A stretch of 58,881 bases of DNA from an uncultured Bacilli bacterium (GTDB taxonomy: Bacteria; Bacillota_I; Bacilli_A; RFN20; CAG-288): NCBI GenBank assembly GCA_944332485.1, contig CALVKB010000003.1, forward strand, positions 1 to 58,881, written 5' to 3'. Under the pieces are notes generated by a model. That model worked only from the letters and a program-made list of their open reading frames with translations. It had not been told where the DNA came from and ran no database searches. Shown piece after piece: positions 48,791-58,815 of the stretch. The position numbers were made by a program, and so were the translations under genes. Numbering within the stretch: position 1 is the stretch's first letter; each line of letters begins with the position of its first letter.

Positions 48791-50065
48791 TTAATCATCT
48801 AAATTTTCATCTCCTATCAATAAACCATATAAATACATATCCAAATCAAACTCCTTAAGATCGTTCATCTGTTCACCTAAACCAATAAAACGAACTGGAA
48901 CTTCCAAAAGATCTCTGATTGCTAAAATAATACCACCTTTACTTGTTCCATCCATCTTTGTAATTACAACACCTGTCAATGGAACAACATCTTTGAAAAC
49001 TTTAGCTTGCTCAATACCATTTTGACCGGTGTTTGCATCCAAAACAAGGAGTGTCTCGTGTGGAGCATCTTGTATCACCTTCTTGATAACTCTTTGAACT
49101 TTGCCAAGTTCATCCATCAAATATTGTTTGTTATGTAATCTTCCAGCAGTATCGATCAAAACTAAATCGTAATCTTCACTCTTCGCTTTTGTCAATCCTT
49201 CATAACAAACAGAAGCAGGATCTGAATTCTCAGGTTTGAAGAAAATATCAACTCCAACTCTACTAGCCCACAATTTCAATTGTTCAATGGCACCTGCACG
49301 GAAGGTATCAGCAGCAATAAGCAATATTTTCTTTCCTTGATCTTTATATCTTTTTGCAAGTTTGGCTATGGTCGTTGTTTTACCTGTTCCATTAACACCA
49401 ACGATTAAACAAACAGTTGGATTTACATCTTTGAACTCGATATCGGTTTTGAATGTTCCACCTTGATTGACATAACCGATGAACATTTTGTCAACTAATA
49501 CATCGTTGATTTCAGCTGTATCTGTAATACCTTTCTCATTGCATTCTTTTTCCACTTGATCGAGAATCTCCATTGTCAATTTGACACCAACATCAGATTC
49601 GATCAAAATTCTCTCGAGTTCATCGAAATATTCTGCGTTCTTCTGCTTATGTTCTTTCGATAGTTTGGTAAGTTTGCTTGCAAAACCTTTATGAGATTTA
49701 TCAAGTCCAGTGATGTATTTTTGATCAACAATTTTCTTGTTCTCTAAAAGTTGTTTTTTCTCTTCTTTCTTCTGTTTTTCTTTCTCTTCTCGTTTTTCTT
49801 TTAATTTATCAAGAAGTTCCTGTTTTCTTTTCTTCTCTCTATCTTTTTTAGAAAGTTTGTTTTTATCACTTGTTGAAGTTTCTTCTGGTTCCGCTTCAAA
49901 CTCCTTTAAAGCTTCTTTCAACTCCAAAGCTTGTTTTTTCTCTTCATCAGTTAAGTTTTCAAATTCTTTAGAAGTTTCAATATTTTCTTCTGAAGTTTGT
50001 TCTAGTTTTTCCTCTTGTGATGATTTTTTAGAGAATTTTGATTTCAACCAACTAATTAAACCCAT
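48791..50065 (-). CDS. ftsY: signal recognition particle receptor FtsY
   Basis: Charged K/E-rich A domain followed by the NG domain (GVNGTGKTTT, DTAGR, TKMDGTSKGG). Confidence 0.93.
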   Translation of the reverse strand: MGLISWLKSKFSKKSSQEEKLEQTSEENIETSKEFENLTDEEKKQALELKEALKEFEAEPEETSTSDKNKLSKKDREKKRKQELLDKLKEKREEKEKQKKEEKKQLLENKKIVDQKYITGLDKSHKGFASKLTKLSKEHKQKNAEYFDELERILIESDVGVKLTMEILDQVEKECNEKGITDTAEINDVLVDKMFIGYVNQGGTFKTDIEFKDVNPTVCLIVGVNGTGKTTTIAKLAKRYKDQGKKILLIAADTFRAGAIEQLKLWASRVGVDIFFKPENSDPASVCYEGLTKAKSEDYDLVLIDTAGRLHNKQYLMDELGKVQRVIKKVIQDAPHETLLVLDANTGQNGIEQAKVFKDVVPLTGVVITKMDGTSKGGIILAIRDLLEVPVRFIGLGEQMNDLKEFDLDMYLYGLLIGDENLDD

Positions 50066-50067
50066 AT

Positions 50068-50787
50068 TTAGTCCTCCACATAATTTTTCAAAGCATCAAA
50101 TGCCGCATTTTTCTGTGCTTCTTTTTTAGATGTTCCTTCACCTTCACCAATAATAACTTCATCCAGTTTGCATAAAACTTTGAATTTAGGATGAATTTTA
50201 TCCTTGGAAATATAAACGCACTCATAGATTGGAAGTTTTTTCAACTTTTTCTCAATTTTTGATTGTAAGAGTGATTTGTAATCATCGATTGAAGACAACA
50301 TCTCGTTTTCATTGTAATAAGGGATGAAAATATCCAATATAAATTTGCTGACAAAATCATACCCAAGATCAAGGAATATAGCACCAATAAAAGCTTCAAA
50401 AACATCCTCCAAAACTTTCTCATGATGTTCTTTGTTATTCTTTTCACCTTGTGAATAGAGAATGTATTCTTCAAAGTTAAGCTTGTTACTAAGTTTTGTC
50501 AAAGTGGATCCTTCAACTAAAAATTTACGTCTTTTACTTAATTCTCCACTTGAAAAATCAGCATGTCGTTGCAACAAAAATTTCGTGATCACCGAATACA
50601 AAACAGAATCACCTAAAAACTCCAAACGATCGTAATCTGCAATTTTGATTTTACCTTGAGATTTCAAATAAACTTCGTTTGAGTAGGATTTGTGAGTGAA
50701 TGCTTGCACATAGTAATCCAAATTTTTGTATGGAAGTTCCATTTTTAAAAGCAAGGATTTGATATTATCTCTCTCCGTCGTGCTCAT
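50068..50787 (-). CDS. rnc: ribonuclease III
   Basis: ERLEFLGDSVL signature and a C-terminal dsRBD. ATG 50787 lies 7 nt after GAGGAG; the track start is TTG 50790. Confidence 0.93.
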   Translation of the reverse strand: MSTTERDNIKSLLLKMELPYKNLDYYVQAFTHKSYSNEVYLKSQGKIKIADYDRLEFLGDSVLYSVITKFLLQRHADFSSGELSKRRKFLVEGSTLTKLSNKLNFEEYILYSQGEKNNKEHHEKVLEDVFEAFIGAIFLDLGYDFVSKFILDIFIPYYNENEMLSSIDDYKSLLQSKIEKKLKKLPIYECVYISKDKIHPKFKVLCKLDEVIIGEGEGTSKKEAQKNAAFDALKNYVED

Positions 50788-51769
50788 CAAACATCTCCTC
50801 TATTTTTTCAACAATATTATTTTTTGCCATCAAATAAGCGACTCTTATTGCATGATAGAATGCATAACTATCGGAATTTCCATGTGCTTTAACACAAACT
50901 TTTTTAATACCTAATAAGATGGCTCCTCCAGTTTTCTTATAATTTAAAGTATCTTTCATAACTTTAAATGATTTTCTTGCAAACAGATATCCGATTTTAC
51001 TGAACAAGCTTCTCTTGAATGATTCTTTTATCAAATCGTTCATCATCTTCGAAGCACCTTCGGTTGCTTTCAAAAAGATATTCCCTTCAAATCCAGGGGT
51101 GACTATAACATCGTGTGTACCATCAAGTGCTTCTCTCGCCTCACAATTTCCTTTGAAATTGATGGCTTTTTCATTCTCTAAAAGATCGTAGGCTTCAACG
51201 ATATTTTTCAAGCCTTTGCCTTTTTCAGAACCATTTGATAATAAATAGACTGATGGGTTTTCAATATTCAAAACTGTTTTAGCATAAGCTGAACCCATCA
51301 ATGCAAATCCAACTAACTCCTCTGGGGTGTTTTCATTTGAAGCACCGATATCGAGAATCACAGTTTGTTTATCTTTTATCTTGGTGACAAAAGGTGCACA
51401 AAAAGCAGCTCTTTGAATATTTTTCATCCTATTGAGAATCAAAGTACTTCCGGTAATAAAACCACCACTTGAACCAGCAGTTACAAAGCCATCAAGGTCA
51501 TCCTGTTTAACTTTATTGAGACCTTTGACCATACTGGATTCTGTATTTCTCAACAATTTCAATGGAGATACTTCCATCGGAACTATTTCCTGAGCATCGA
51601 CAAATTCTATATTGTCAGAATAATTTACAAACTCATCTTTAAATTCTGATGTTTTACCAACTAAAATCAATTTGACATCTTTATAATCTTTGACAAATTC
51701 CAAACAAGCTTTGGTAGTTTCTTTGTTTCCAAAATCACTACCTTCCATATCAATTACGAGTTTTATCAT
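50765..51769 (-). CDS. plsX: phosphate:acyl-ACP acyltransferase PlsX
   Basis: 334 aa with typical PlsX blocks (VIDMEGSD, GFVTAGSSGG, GAILLGIKKVCVKAHGNS). Confidence 0.93.
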   Translation of the reverse strand: MIKLVIDMEGSDFGNKETTKACLEFVKDYKDVKLILVGKTSEFKDEFVNYSDNIEFVDAQEIVPMEVSPLKLLRNTESSMVKGLNKVKQDDLDGFVTAGSSGGFITGSTLILNRMKNIQRAAFCAPFVTKIKDKQTVILDIGASNENTPEELVGFALMGSAYAKTVLNIENPSVYLLSNGSEKGKGLKNIVEAYDLLENEKAINFKGNCEAREALDGTHDVIVTPGFEGNIFLKATEGASKMMNDLIKESFKRSLFSKIGYLFARKSFKVMKDTLNYKKTGGAILLGIKKVCVKAHGNSDSYAFYHAIRVAYLMAKNNIVEKIEEMFDEHDGER

Positions 51770-52889
51770 TTTTCTCCCCTTTCAATCTGAATTTTTCATA
51801 AATATTCTTTTTCAATTTCATAAAGTAATTTTGCAAATGTATGTTTTGCACAGATTCCATCACATATCTTGATAAAAGATATATCTGCTTATCAATTTTC
51901 TGAAGTTCTTTAATTTCTGTTGGAAGTTTCTCCCCAGTTAATTCATACTTTTCAATAGATTTGAACGGTTTTTTAATAACATGAGTCAACAGATAATTAA
52001 ATTCGACATTTGTTTCTTTATTGCAATCATAAATGTAATTTTCATATGATGCTAGAATGATGATTTTCAGATACTTTCCCAAATTGGAAAAAACATCGTC
52101 CAATGATATTTTATAAAAATTGTATCTTGGTTTGCTTGTAATTGTAATATGATGTTTTTTCAAATAGTCCTCACAATTTCTCGTAGATATATATTTCAAT
52201 AAGAAATTGAGAAGTTCCTCTTTATGATTATTTACAACATACTTGAAATATTCATCTTCCTTCTTTCTTTGATTAATCTGGCTTTCAACGAATTTGTAGA
52301 ATGACCCGGAGTTGTAATCATTGACAACATCCTCATAAGTTATGGTTTTATCATTGATCATCTTTTTCAAAACCAACATAGTTTTATATGAATCATCGAC
52401 TGATTTATGAGAGTGGAGATTCAAATTTTCATCGTCGTACAATTTGTATATTGTATTTAACGATGGAACGTTATGTTTATTGAAAGTATTCAAATACTCC
52501 GTAGCGAATTTTTGAACATCGAAATATTTGAAATCCTTAAAATTCAATTTGTACCTATTCAAAGTTCCAAGTAAGAAATGAAGATCATTTTCAAATCCGA
52601 ATCCGATAACCAATGTCTCATCATCAATAAGTTCCAATAGTTCAAAATACATCCCTTTGTCAAAACTTGGTGCTTTGTTGAAAGTTTCAACTGAATAAGC
52701 AAGTTGCAAATATAAATAATTTCCCATCTTGTTGGTTAAAAATGGTGATTCAGGATTACAAAGAATATCTTTGGCACTGATAACATTGAAATTTCTATCA
52801 GTTAGAACATATCCGACGCTGCAGATTTTTCCAACCCCATTAAAAATATTGGCACATTCGAAATCTAAAAATAGGAATTTTTTGATCAT
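51750..52889 (-). CDS. DEDDh-type 3'-5' exonuclease domain protein with unknown C-terminal half
   Basis: Exo I is FLFLDFECAN (KapD/ERI-like start), Exo II is GFGFENDLHFL, and Exo III is HKSVDDSYKT (H-x4-D). The C-terminal ~190 aa are unassigned. It overlaps yitT (ATGA) and plsX (20 nt). Confidence 0.6.
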   Translation of the reverse strand: MIKKFLFLDFECANIFNGVGKICSVGYVLTDRNFNVISAKDILCNPESPFLTNKMGNYLYLQLAYSVETFNKAPSFDKGMYFELLELIDDETLVIGFGFENDLHFLLGTLNRYKLNFKDFKYFDVQKFATEYLNTFNKHNVPSLNTIYKLYDDENLNLHSHKSVDDSYKTMLVLKKMINDKTITYEDVVNDYNSGSFYKFVESQINQRKKEDEYFKYVVNNHKEELLNFLLKYISTRNCEDYLKKHHITITSKPRYNFYKISLDDVFSNLGKYLKIIILASYENYIYDCNKETNVEFNYLLTHVIKKPFKSIEKYELTGEKLPTEIKELQKIDKQIYLLSRYVMESVQNIHLQNYFMKLKKNIYEKFRLKGEKNDKTRN

Positions 52890-53866
52890 TTATAAGAACG
52901 TTTCCCTCGAACTAACTTTTTACCAACAATCTCACTAACTTCTGTGAACGTCACAAAGGCTTTATCATCAATTTGGCTAATAATCGTTCTAACTTTATTC
53001 ACTTCAAATCTGTTAACAACAGAATAAATCATCTTTATATCTTCATTCTTATAATAACCTTGAGCTTTTATAAATGTGACTCCACGTCCCATCTCTTTTT
53101 CAATCACCTTTGCAATTTCATCAGCTTTTGAAGTGATTATTATACCCATGATTGCACGATTCAAACCTTCATTGATAAAATCGATAGTCTTTAAATTGAC
53201 AAAGTAACTGATGATTGAGAATAATGCAACAATCAAATTGTTGATAGCTGGATCGGTAAAATTATTCAAACACATGAATAATACATACAAAATCAAATTG
53301 TAAAGCATACAAACTTTACCAACTGAGAGGTTCAAGCGTTTGTGAATAAGCAATGAAAGAATATCTATACCATCCATCGCACCTCCGAATTTTATAGTCA
53401 AACCTGTTCCCATACCTGAGAGAACTCCACCGAATATCGCACAGATTATCCTGTATTCTTCATTTCTTAATATCGAAAACAGCTCAGTATCAAGAATGCT
53501 GGTGTACAATCCACCACAGCCTTCATACAAAAATACAGCTAAAGCGTATGAAAAAATTGCTACTAATGAATAAATAAGCATTGAAAATCCGATTTTTTTA
53601 ATACCGACAAGGAAAAACGGAATATTCAAAACCACCAACCATAAAGACATCGGCATATATGTTGCTAAAGTGGAATTTTCGTATTGAATGATGTAATTTA
53701 TCAACATACTCGTTCCGGAGATACCTCCATCAAGAAGTTTTCCAGGAGTTAAAAATAAAGCAACGCCAACGGCATTTATAAATCCAGCTAATATTAAAAA
53801 AATGAAATTTTTAAATTCAATCTTCTTATAAGATTTCTTCTGTTGAGCTAAAATTTGTTCTTCCAT
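52886..53866 (-). CDS. YitT-family membrane protein (DUF2179 C-terminal domain)
   Basis: Five to six TM helices with a GGISGTS-type motif. The C-terminal soluble domain (GVTFIKAQGYY...FVTFTEV) is typical of the YitT family. Confidence 0.75.
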   Translation of the reverse strand: MEEQILAQQKKSYKKIEFKNFIFLILAGFINAVGVALFLTPGKLLDGGISGTSMLINYIIQYENSTLATYMPMSLWLVVLNIPFFLVGIKKIGFSMLIYSLVAIFSYALAVFLYEGCGGLYTSILDTELFSILRNEEYRIICAIFGGVLSGMGTGLTIKFGGAMDGIDILSLLIHKRLNLSVGKVCMLYNLILYVLFMCLNNFTDPAINNLIVALFSIISYFVNLKTIDFINEGLNRAIMGIIITSKADEIAKVIEKEMGRGVTFIKAQGYYKNEDIKMIYSVVNRFEVNKVRTIISQIDDKAFVTFTEVSEIVGKKLVRGKRSYK

Positions 53867-53923
53867 AAATTTACCTATATATTGTTTATTATAAAATATA
53901 TGTAAACTCTTTAATCTCTTTAA

Positions 53924-55918
53924 TTATAAATTTGTGTCTTTACCAACGTTATTTTTTGTTATTTCTTTGATGTACATAGCAAACGAAGCATTCTCATTTT
54001 GATGAGCAACAATGTACTTTGCATCTTCCAAAGCATGGGAATATAATTTTTCAAATTTTACAAAGTCAGCTATACCAAGAGGTGAGATACCACTTTGTTC
54101 TTCTCCCAAGATAAAACCATATCCTCTTTGATTGATGTCAAACTTTGATAATTCTTCACCGTCATTGTGAGAACTTATGAAATTAAGCTTTTCAATTGTT
54201 TTTTCATCATCGCCATCATAGATGAGAATACAAGTAGATTTTTGGCCGTTTCTTCCGATTCGCCCACGAAATTGGTGAAGTGTAGAAAGTCCAAAGTAAT
54301 TGCTGTCATAAATGATCATCAAACTAGCATCTTTAATATCAATTCCTACTTCAACAATAGAAGTAGCAATTAAAATAGGTTTCTCTTTATTTTTAAATTT
54401 TTGAAGGATTTTTATCTGTTCTTCCTTTTTCAATTGTCCATAGATATATTGGCATTTGTCTTTGAAAATACTCTCATATTTTTCATATACCTTCAATAGA
54501 TTTGTTCGTGTATTTTGTGAGTCAAATCTCGGTACAATAATAAATACTTGTCGGTTATTTGAAATGGCAAGTTTAATATGCTTCAGAATATTCTCATTTT
54601 TTGATGATGTCACATATGTTTGAACATCTCTTTTTTCAAATGGAAATTGTGTTAATCTAGATTCATCCATATCACCGTATATAACCCTTGAAAAAGTACG
54701 TGGTATAGGTGTCGCAGTTGTGAACAAAATATCGATATTGGAACCTTTTTTCAAAAGTAGACTCCTTTGTTTAACACCGAATTTTTGTTCCTCATCGATT
54801 ATAACCAAACTTAATTTGTTGAAGATTACTTCATTATTCAACAAAGATGTTGTTCCTACTATTATCGAATATTTATTTTTCTTAATATTCTCAAGTATAT
54901 CTTTCTTGTTTTTAGATGGAATTTTATTTTCAATTAAACAAACTTTTATGTCACTGTCTTTGAAAATTTCACTGAAAAATTGATAATGTTGCAAAGCAAG
55001 AGAAGTTGTCGGTGCCATAATGACTGATTGACCATTTCTTAAAAAATTGAAAAAACACGCGCCAGCAGCAACTAGTGTCTTTCCAGTTCCAACATCACCA
55101 ATCAATATTCTGAACATCGGTGTATTTTTGTTCATATCATCATAAATCTCTTTTAAAACTTTTGTTTGATCGTTTGTGAGTTTGATATTCATCTTGTCAA
55201 CAAAATTTAAAAATAATTTTGCTTCATTTGAATCTATTTGCATTGTAAATTCTTTTTTCAAAGTGCTGTTATGGAGTTTATTAAGTTCCACCAATGTTGC
55301 ATATTTCAAAGCTTCAATGTATTTTGCCTGATTGATAGCTTTCAGTGTCATGCTTTTTTCATTTATATTCAGATTTGGAAAATGAATATATTTGTACATC
55401 ATATTAAGATCCATCAAATTATTTTTCTGGATGAAGTATTCTGGAATTTCATTTGTTATAAAAGGTTTTTGTTTATAAACCAACTTTTGTATTATCTTTT
55501 CAAATTGGCTTTGTGAAATACTTTTAGGAAGCTTGTAAATAGGTCGACATTTATTTTTAAAATATATGTTGTCAAGTTTTAAATAATACAGCAATAAAAA
55601 ATCCTTCGTTTTGGCACGATAACGCAATTTGAAAAAATATGTGTTCTCTTTTTCAAAATTTCTGAACATGTACAATTGATTGAATTGAACTATGTTGAAA
55701 ATTTTTGATGTTTGATATTCTCTAACTGTCAATTTGAGAATGTCCAAATTAGCTCTGAGCATATCTTTGCTGACAACTTTACCACAAATATTGACTTCCT
55801 CTTTGTCTTTATAGGCATATTTAATATTTGATAAAGTTAAATTATCATATCTAATTGGGTACTTTTTCAAGATGTCAATTTCATTGACAACATTCAAATT
55901 TTCAAACACTTTGGACAT
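53924..55918 (-). CDS. recG: ATP-dependent DNA helicase RecG
   Basis: Wedge-domain-sized N-terminus followed by helicase motifs GDVGTGKT, DEEQKFG, TATPIPRT and LHQFRGRIGR. Confidence 0.9.
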   Translation of the reverse strand: MSKVFENLNVVNEIDILKKYPIRYDNLTLSNIKYAYKDKEEVNICGKVVSKDMLRANLDILKLTVREYQTSKIFNIVQFNQLYMFRNFEKENTYFFKLRYRAKTKDFLLLYYLKLDNIYFKNKCRPIYKLPKSISQSQFEKIIQKLVYKQKPFITNEIPEYFIQKNNLMDLNMMYKYIHFPNLNINEKSMTLKAINQAKYIEALKYATLVELNKLHNSTLKKEFTMQIDSNEAKLFLNFVDKMNIKLTNDQTKVLKEIYDDMNKNTPMFRILIGDVGTGKTLVAAGACFFNFLRNGQSVIMAPTTSLALQHYQFFSEIFKDSDIKVCLIENKIPSKNKKDILENIKKNKYSIIVGTTSLLNNEVIFNKLSLVIIDEEQKFGVKQRSLLLKKGSNIDILFTTATPIPRTFSRVIYGDMDESRLTQFPFEKRDVQTYVTSSKNENILKHIKLAISNNRQVFIIVPRFDSQNTRTNLLKVYEKYESIFKDKCQYIYGQLKKEEQIKILQKFKNKEKPILIATSIVEVGIDIKDASLMIIYDSNYFGLSTLHQFRGRIGRNGQKSTCILIYDGDDEKTIEKLNFISSHNDGEELSKFDINQRGYGFILGEEQSGISPLGIADFVKFEKLYSHALEDAKYIVAHQNENASFAMYIKEITKNNVGKDTNL

Positions 55919-55929
55919 ATAATTATTTT

Positions 55930-55962
55930 ACAAAAAAAGCGTGCTCTTTTATAAAGCACGCG
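55930..55962 (-). terminator. rho-independent terminator after fakA/yloV
   Basis: Stem GCGTGCT / AGCACGC (55939-55945 / 55955-55961) with a 9-nt loop. T7 follows on the minus strand. Confidence 0.65.
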
Positions 55963-55983
55963 ATTAAAATAACTTTGTTTTAT

Positions 55984-57720
55984 TTACTCTACTGAAACGT
56001 AGAATGAATATACTGGTTGTCCACCATTTTTAATTTCGAATTCTAAATCTTCGTTATTCTTGGTGTATTTGTTTTTGAGTTTCTCAACAAATTCCAAGGT
56101 TTTCTCATTGACATCCAAGCCGTAATAAATTGTGACGATGGAGGAATCAGAATTGATCAATTTCTTCAATAATTTTTCCAAAGCTTCCTCTTTTGTTTTG
56201 ACAGAACAGACTATTTTCTTCTTTGAGATGGCCATAAAATCACCATTGTGAACTTTAGTACCATCAATTTCAGTATCTCTTACTGAGAATGTGATCTCAC
56301 CGGTTTTTATCTCAGAAATTAATTCGTTCATGCTTTCAACATTTTCGTTTTCACTTGAACTTGGGTTAAAGATCATACATGCGGCAATACCAGCAGGGAT
56401 TGATTTGGTAGGAATGACATTAACTCTGCATTCACCTTGCAAAACATCGCTAGCTTGAGAAGCAGCCATGATGATATTGGAGTTGTTTGGGAAGATATAC
56501 ACAACATCTGCATTAACTTCACGACAAGCGTTGACAAAATCTTCAGTTGATGGGTTCATTGTTTGGCCACCAGATACGATTCTTGTGACACCTAAATTTG
56601 TAAATTCCTTCTTTATACCTTCACCATTTGCCACTGCGATCAAAGCAAATTCGGATCTTTGCTTATTCTGTTCAGTTTTTGCTATATTTTTAACTTCCAA
56701 AGTAGAATTTACTTCACCTTGATTCTCCTCAATTAAGTGAGAATGCTGTTCTGACATATTCTCAATTTTAAGTTTGACAAATTCACCAAATTGTTGAGCG
56801 TAAGTTAGAATATGACCAGGTCTCATTGTGTGAATGTGAACTTTGACTAAATCATCATCATGAACTGAAACAATGGAATTACCATGAGCGTTCAAGACTG
56901 CGTCGATACGTTTTTTATTGTATGGACGTTTTCCTAATTTCATCAAATCTTCTTCTTTTGGTAAACGAAGGATGAACTCTGTACAATATCCAAATTCCTC
57001 ATGTTTGAATTTAGATTGAACATTTGCTGTTTCTGCATTTTTAAACTCATACTCATCGTTTCTAAAATTGGTTGAAACAACCTGTGGCATTATCTTCTCA
57101 ACAACTTGATTGTGCAAAGCTTTCGACATACCTTCGATGATCTTAACAAAACCGGCACCACCGCTATCGACAACACCAGCTTCTCTTAAAACAGGTAATA
57201 AATCTGGTGTTCTTTGTAAACTTGCTTTAGCTTCTTTGAGGAAAATATCAAAAACATCATAAATATGCATGTTCTCTTTAACTTGTTCACTCAAAGTTTC
57301 ACTAGCTTCACGGACAACAGTTAAAATTGTTCCTTCAACAGGTGTCATAACATTTTGATAAGCGACTGTTTTTGCGTTGACAAATGCATCTGCAATATCA
57401 AAAGCATTAGCCTCTGTTTTATCTTTCAAACTATCAGCGAAACCTCTGAAAATCTGTGAAAGAATAACACCAGAATTTCCTCTTGCACCGAACAACAAAC
57501 CTTTCTTAAAGGCCTCAGCAATCAGATAAATATTTTTCTCTTCTTTAACTTCATAAACTTTTGCGGCACCACTTGAGATTGTCAAATTCATGTTTGTTCC
57601 TGTGTCGCCATCAGGGATTGGGAAGACGTTCAACTGATCAATTTCTGGGTAATGATTGTACAAATTATTGCTTGCAGAAATTATCATATTCTTCAATATC
57701 TTACCATCAATAGTTTTCAT
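55984..57720 (-). CDS. fakA: DAK2-domain fusion protein YloV / fatty-acid kinase ATP-binding subunit FakA
   Basis: N-terminal Dak2 domain motif DGDTGTNM and 578 aa. The position upstream of recG matches Bacillus yloV-recG. AAGGAG SD precedes the start. Confidence 0.85.
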   Translation of the reverse strand: MKTIDGKILKNMIISASNNLYNHYPEIDQLNVFPIPDGDTGTNMNLTISSGAAKVYEVKEEKNIYLIAEAFKKGLLFGARGNSGVILSQIFRGFADSLKDKTEANAFDIADAFVNAKTVAYQNVMTPVEGTILTVVREASETLSEQVKENMHIYDVFDIFLKEAKASLQRTPDLLPVLREAGVVDSGGAGFVKIIEGMSKALHNQVVEKIMPQVVSTNFRNDEYEFKNAETANVQSKFKHEEFGYCTEFILRLPKEEDLMKLGKRPYNKKRIDAVLNAHGNSIVSVHDDDLVKVHIHTMRPGHILTYAQQFGEFVKLKIENMSEQHSHLIEENQGEVNSTLEVKNIAKTEQNKQRSEFALIAVANGEGIKKEFTNLGVTRIVSGGQTMNPSTEDFVNACREVNADVVYIFPNNSNIIMAASQASDVLQGECRVNVIPTKSIPAGIAACMIFNPSSSENENVESMNELISEIKTGEITFSVRDTEIDGTKVHNGDFMAISKKKIVCSVKTKEEALEKLLKKLINSDSSIVTIYYGLDVNEKTLEFVEKLKNKYTKNNEDLEFEIKNGGQPVYSFYVSVE

Positions 57721-58010
57721 TTTTTACTCCTTACTCAACTAGTAAATTGGATTTACTAATCATATATATCAATGTCAATTTAAATTCAAATTCAAAACAA
57801 AAGTACACCTAATTTTGTGTATATAAATTATACAATGTTGCTGGTAAAATATGTAGTTTAATAGTGGTCATACTAACAAGATTTTCAAAGAAAGCGTTTT
57901 ATTTTTTACATAGTTGCCATAAAGTTTGTATATTTTAATAATAAATAAGTTGTTTACTTTTATTTTTAATTATAATAATATTGGTTTTTATCAAAAAACG
58001 GAGGTTGAAA

Positions 58011-58730
58011 ATGAAAAAATTGATATCTTTAAATGAAGTTTCTTACACTTATAATGAGAATGTTGAACCACGCAAATTTGTCTTAAATAATGTTTCTTTC
58101 GATATAAATGAGAACTTCTTCACCTTGATTTTTGGTGAAAATAATTCGGGTAAAACCACACTTTTGAAACTTATTAACGGCGAATTAAATTTGATCTACG
58201 GCGATATTAAAATTGAAGGTGAATCAATAAAAGGTGCCAGTAGAACTAAGATAAATAAGCTTTTGCAAAAGTTTTCAATCGTAACTAATAATCCTATTGA
58301 TCAAATTATCTACGATAGTAAACTTAAAGACTATCTTGAATTCTATTTGCAGAATCATCATTACAAAAAAGAAGTTATTCCACAAGTTATTGATGAAGTT
58401 TGTAAAGTTACCAATCTCAAATCTTCCTTGAACAAAAGTATCCAATATTTCAAATCATCTGATTTAAGAAAATTATACTTAGTTCAAGCGTTATTAAGTT
58501 CAAAAAAATATATCATAGTCGATGATTTACAAACTCTTGTTCCAACAAAGATGATAGAGGACTTCATGTTGTATCTTAAAGAAAATTGCAAAGATAAGAC
58601 AATTATCTTAATCTCAGACACAGATGAGATAATAAGCGATTATGTAGATAAAGTGCTGGAGTTAAATGACGGTTTGTTAGTTGAGGAAATAATCTACTCC
58701 GAAGTACCAAGACTTGAAAGAGATTTCTAA
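58011..58730 (+). CDS. orphan ABC-type ATPase-like protein with degenerate catalytic motifs
   Basis: Walker A GENNSGKTT is intact. The positions of the Q-loop, signature, catalytic Glu and H-loop read TNNP, FKSSDLRK, VDDLQT and ISDTDE. ATG 58011 lies 6 nt after GGAGG. Confidence 0.7.
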   Translation: MKKLISLNEVSYTYNENVEPRKFVLNNVSFDINENFFTLIFGENNSGKTTLLKLINGELNLIYGDIKIEGESIKGASRTKINKLLQKFSIVTNNPIDQIIYDSKLKDYLEFYLQNHHYKKEVIPQVIDEVCKVTNLKSSLNKSIQYFKSSDLRKLYLVQALLSSKKYIIVDDLQTLVPTKMIEDFMLYLKENCKDKTIILISDTDEIISDYVDKVLELNDGLLVEEIIYSEVPRLERDF

Positions 58731-58762
58731 AAAAATCTGTGCATTTTGCACAGATTTTTTAT
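58731..58762 (+). terminator. rho-independent terminator after the ABC-like gene
   Basis: Stem AAAATCTGTGCA / TGCACAGATTTT with a 3-nt loop, followed by a T run. Confidence 0.8.
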
Positions 58763-58815
58763 TTGCCAACTTTTATTAAAAATAATAGATTGTTTTAAAA
58801 ATAGATACAAAAAAA

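Noticed and set aside
57721-58010. Expected asp23/yloU or rpmB genes upstream of fakA/yloV, and a clean promoter for the ABC-like gene (TTGTTT...TATAAT at 57950-57976).
   Set aside because: No ORF of suitable size exists in the 290-nt gap. The candidate promoter has a 15-nt spacer, which is too short to call with confidence.
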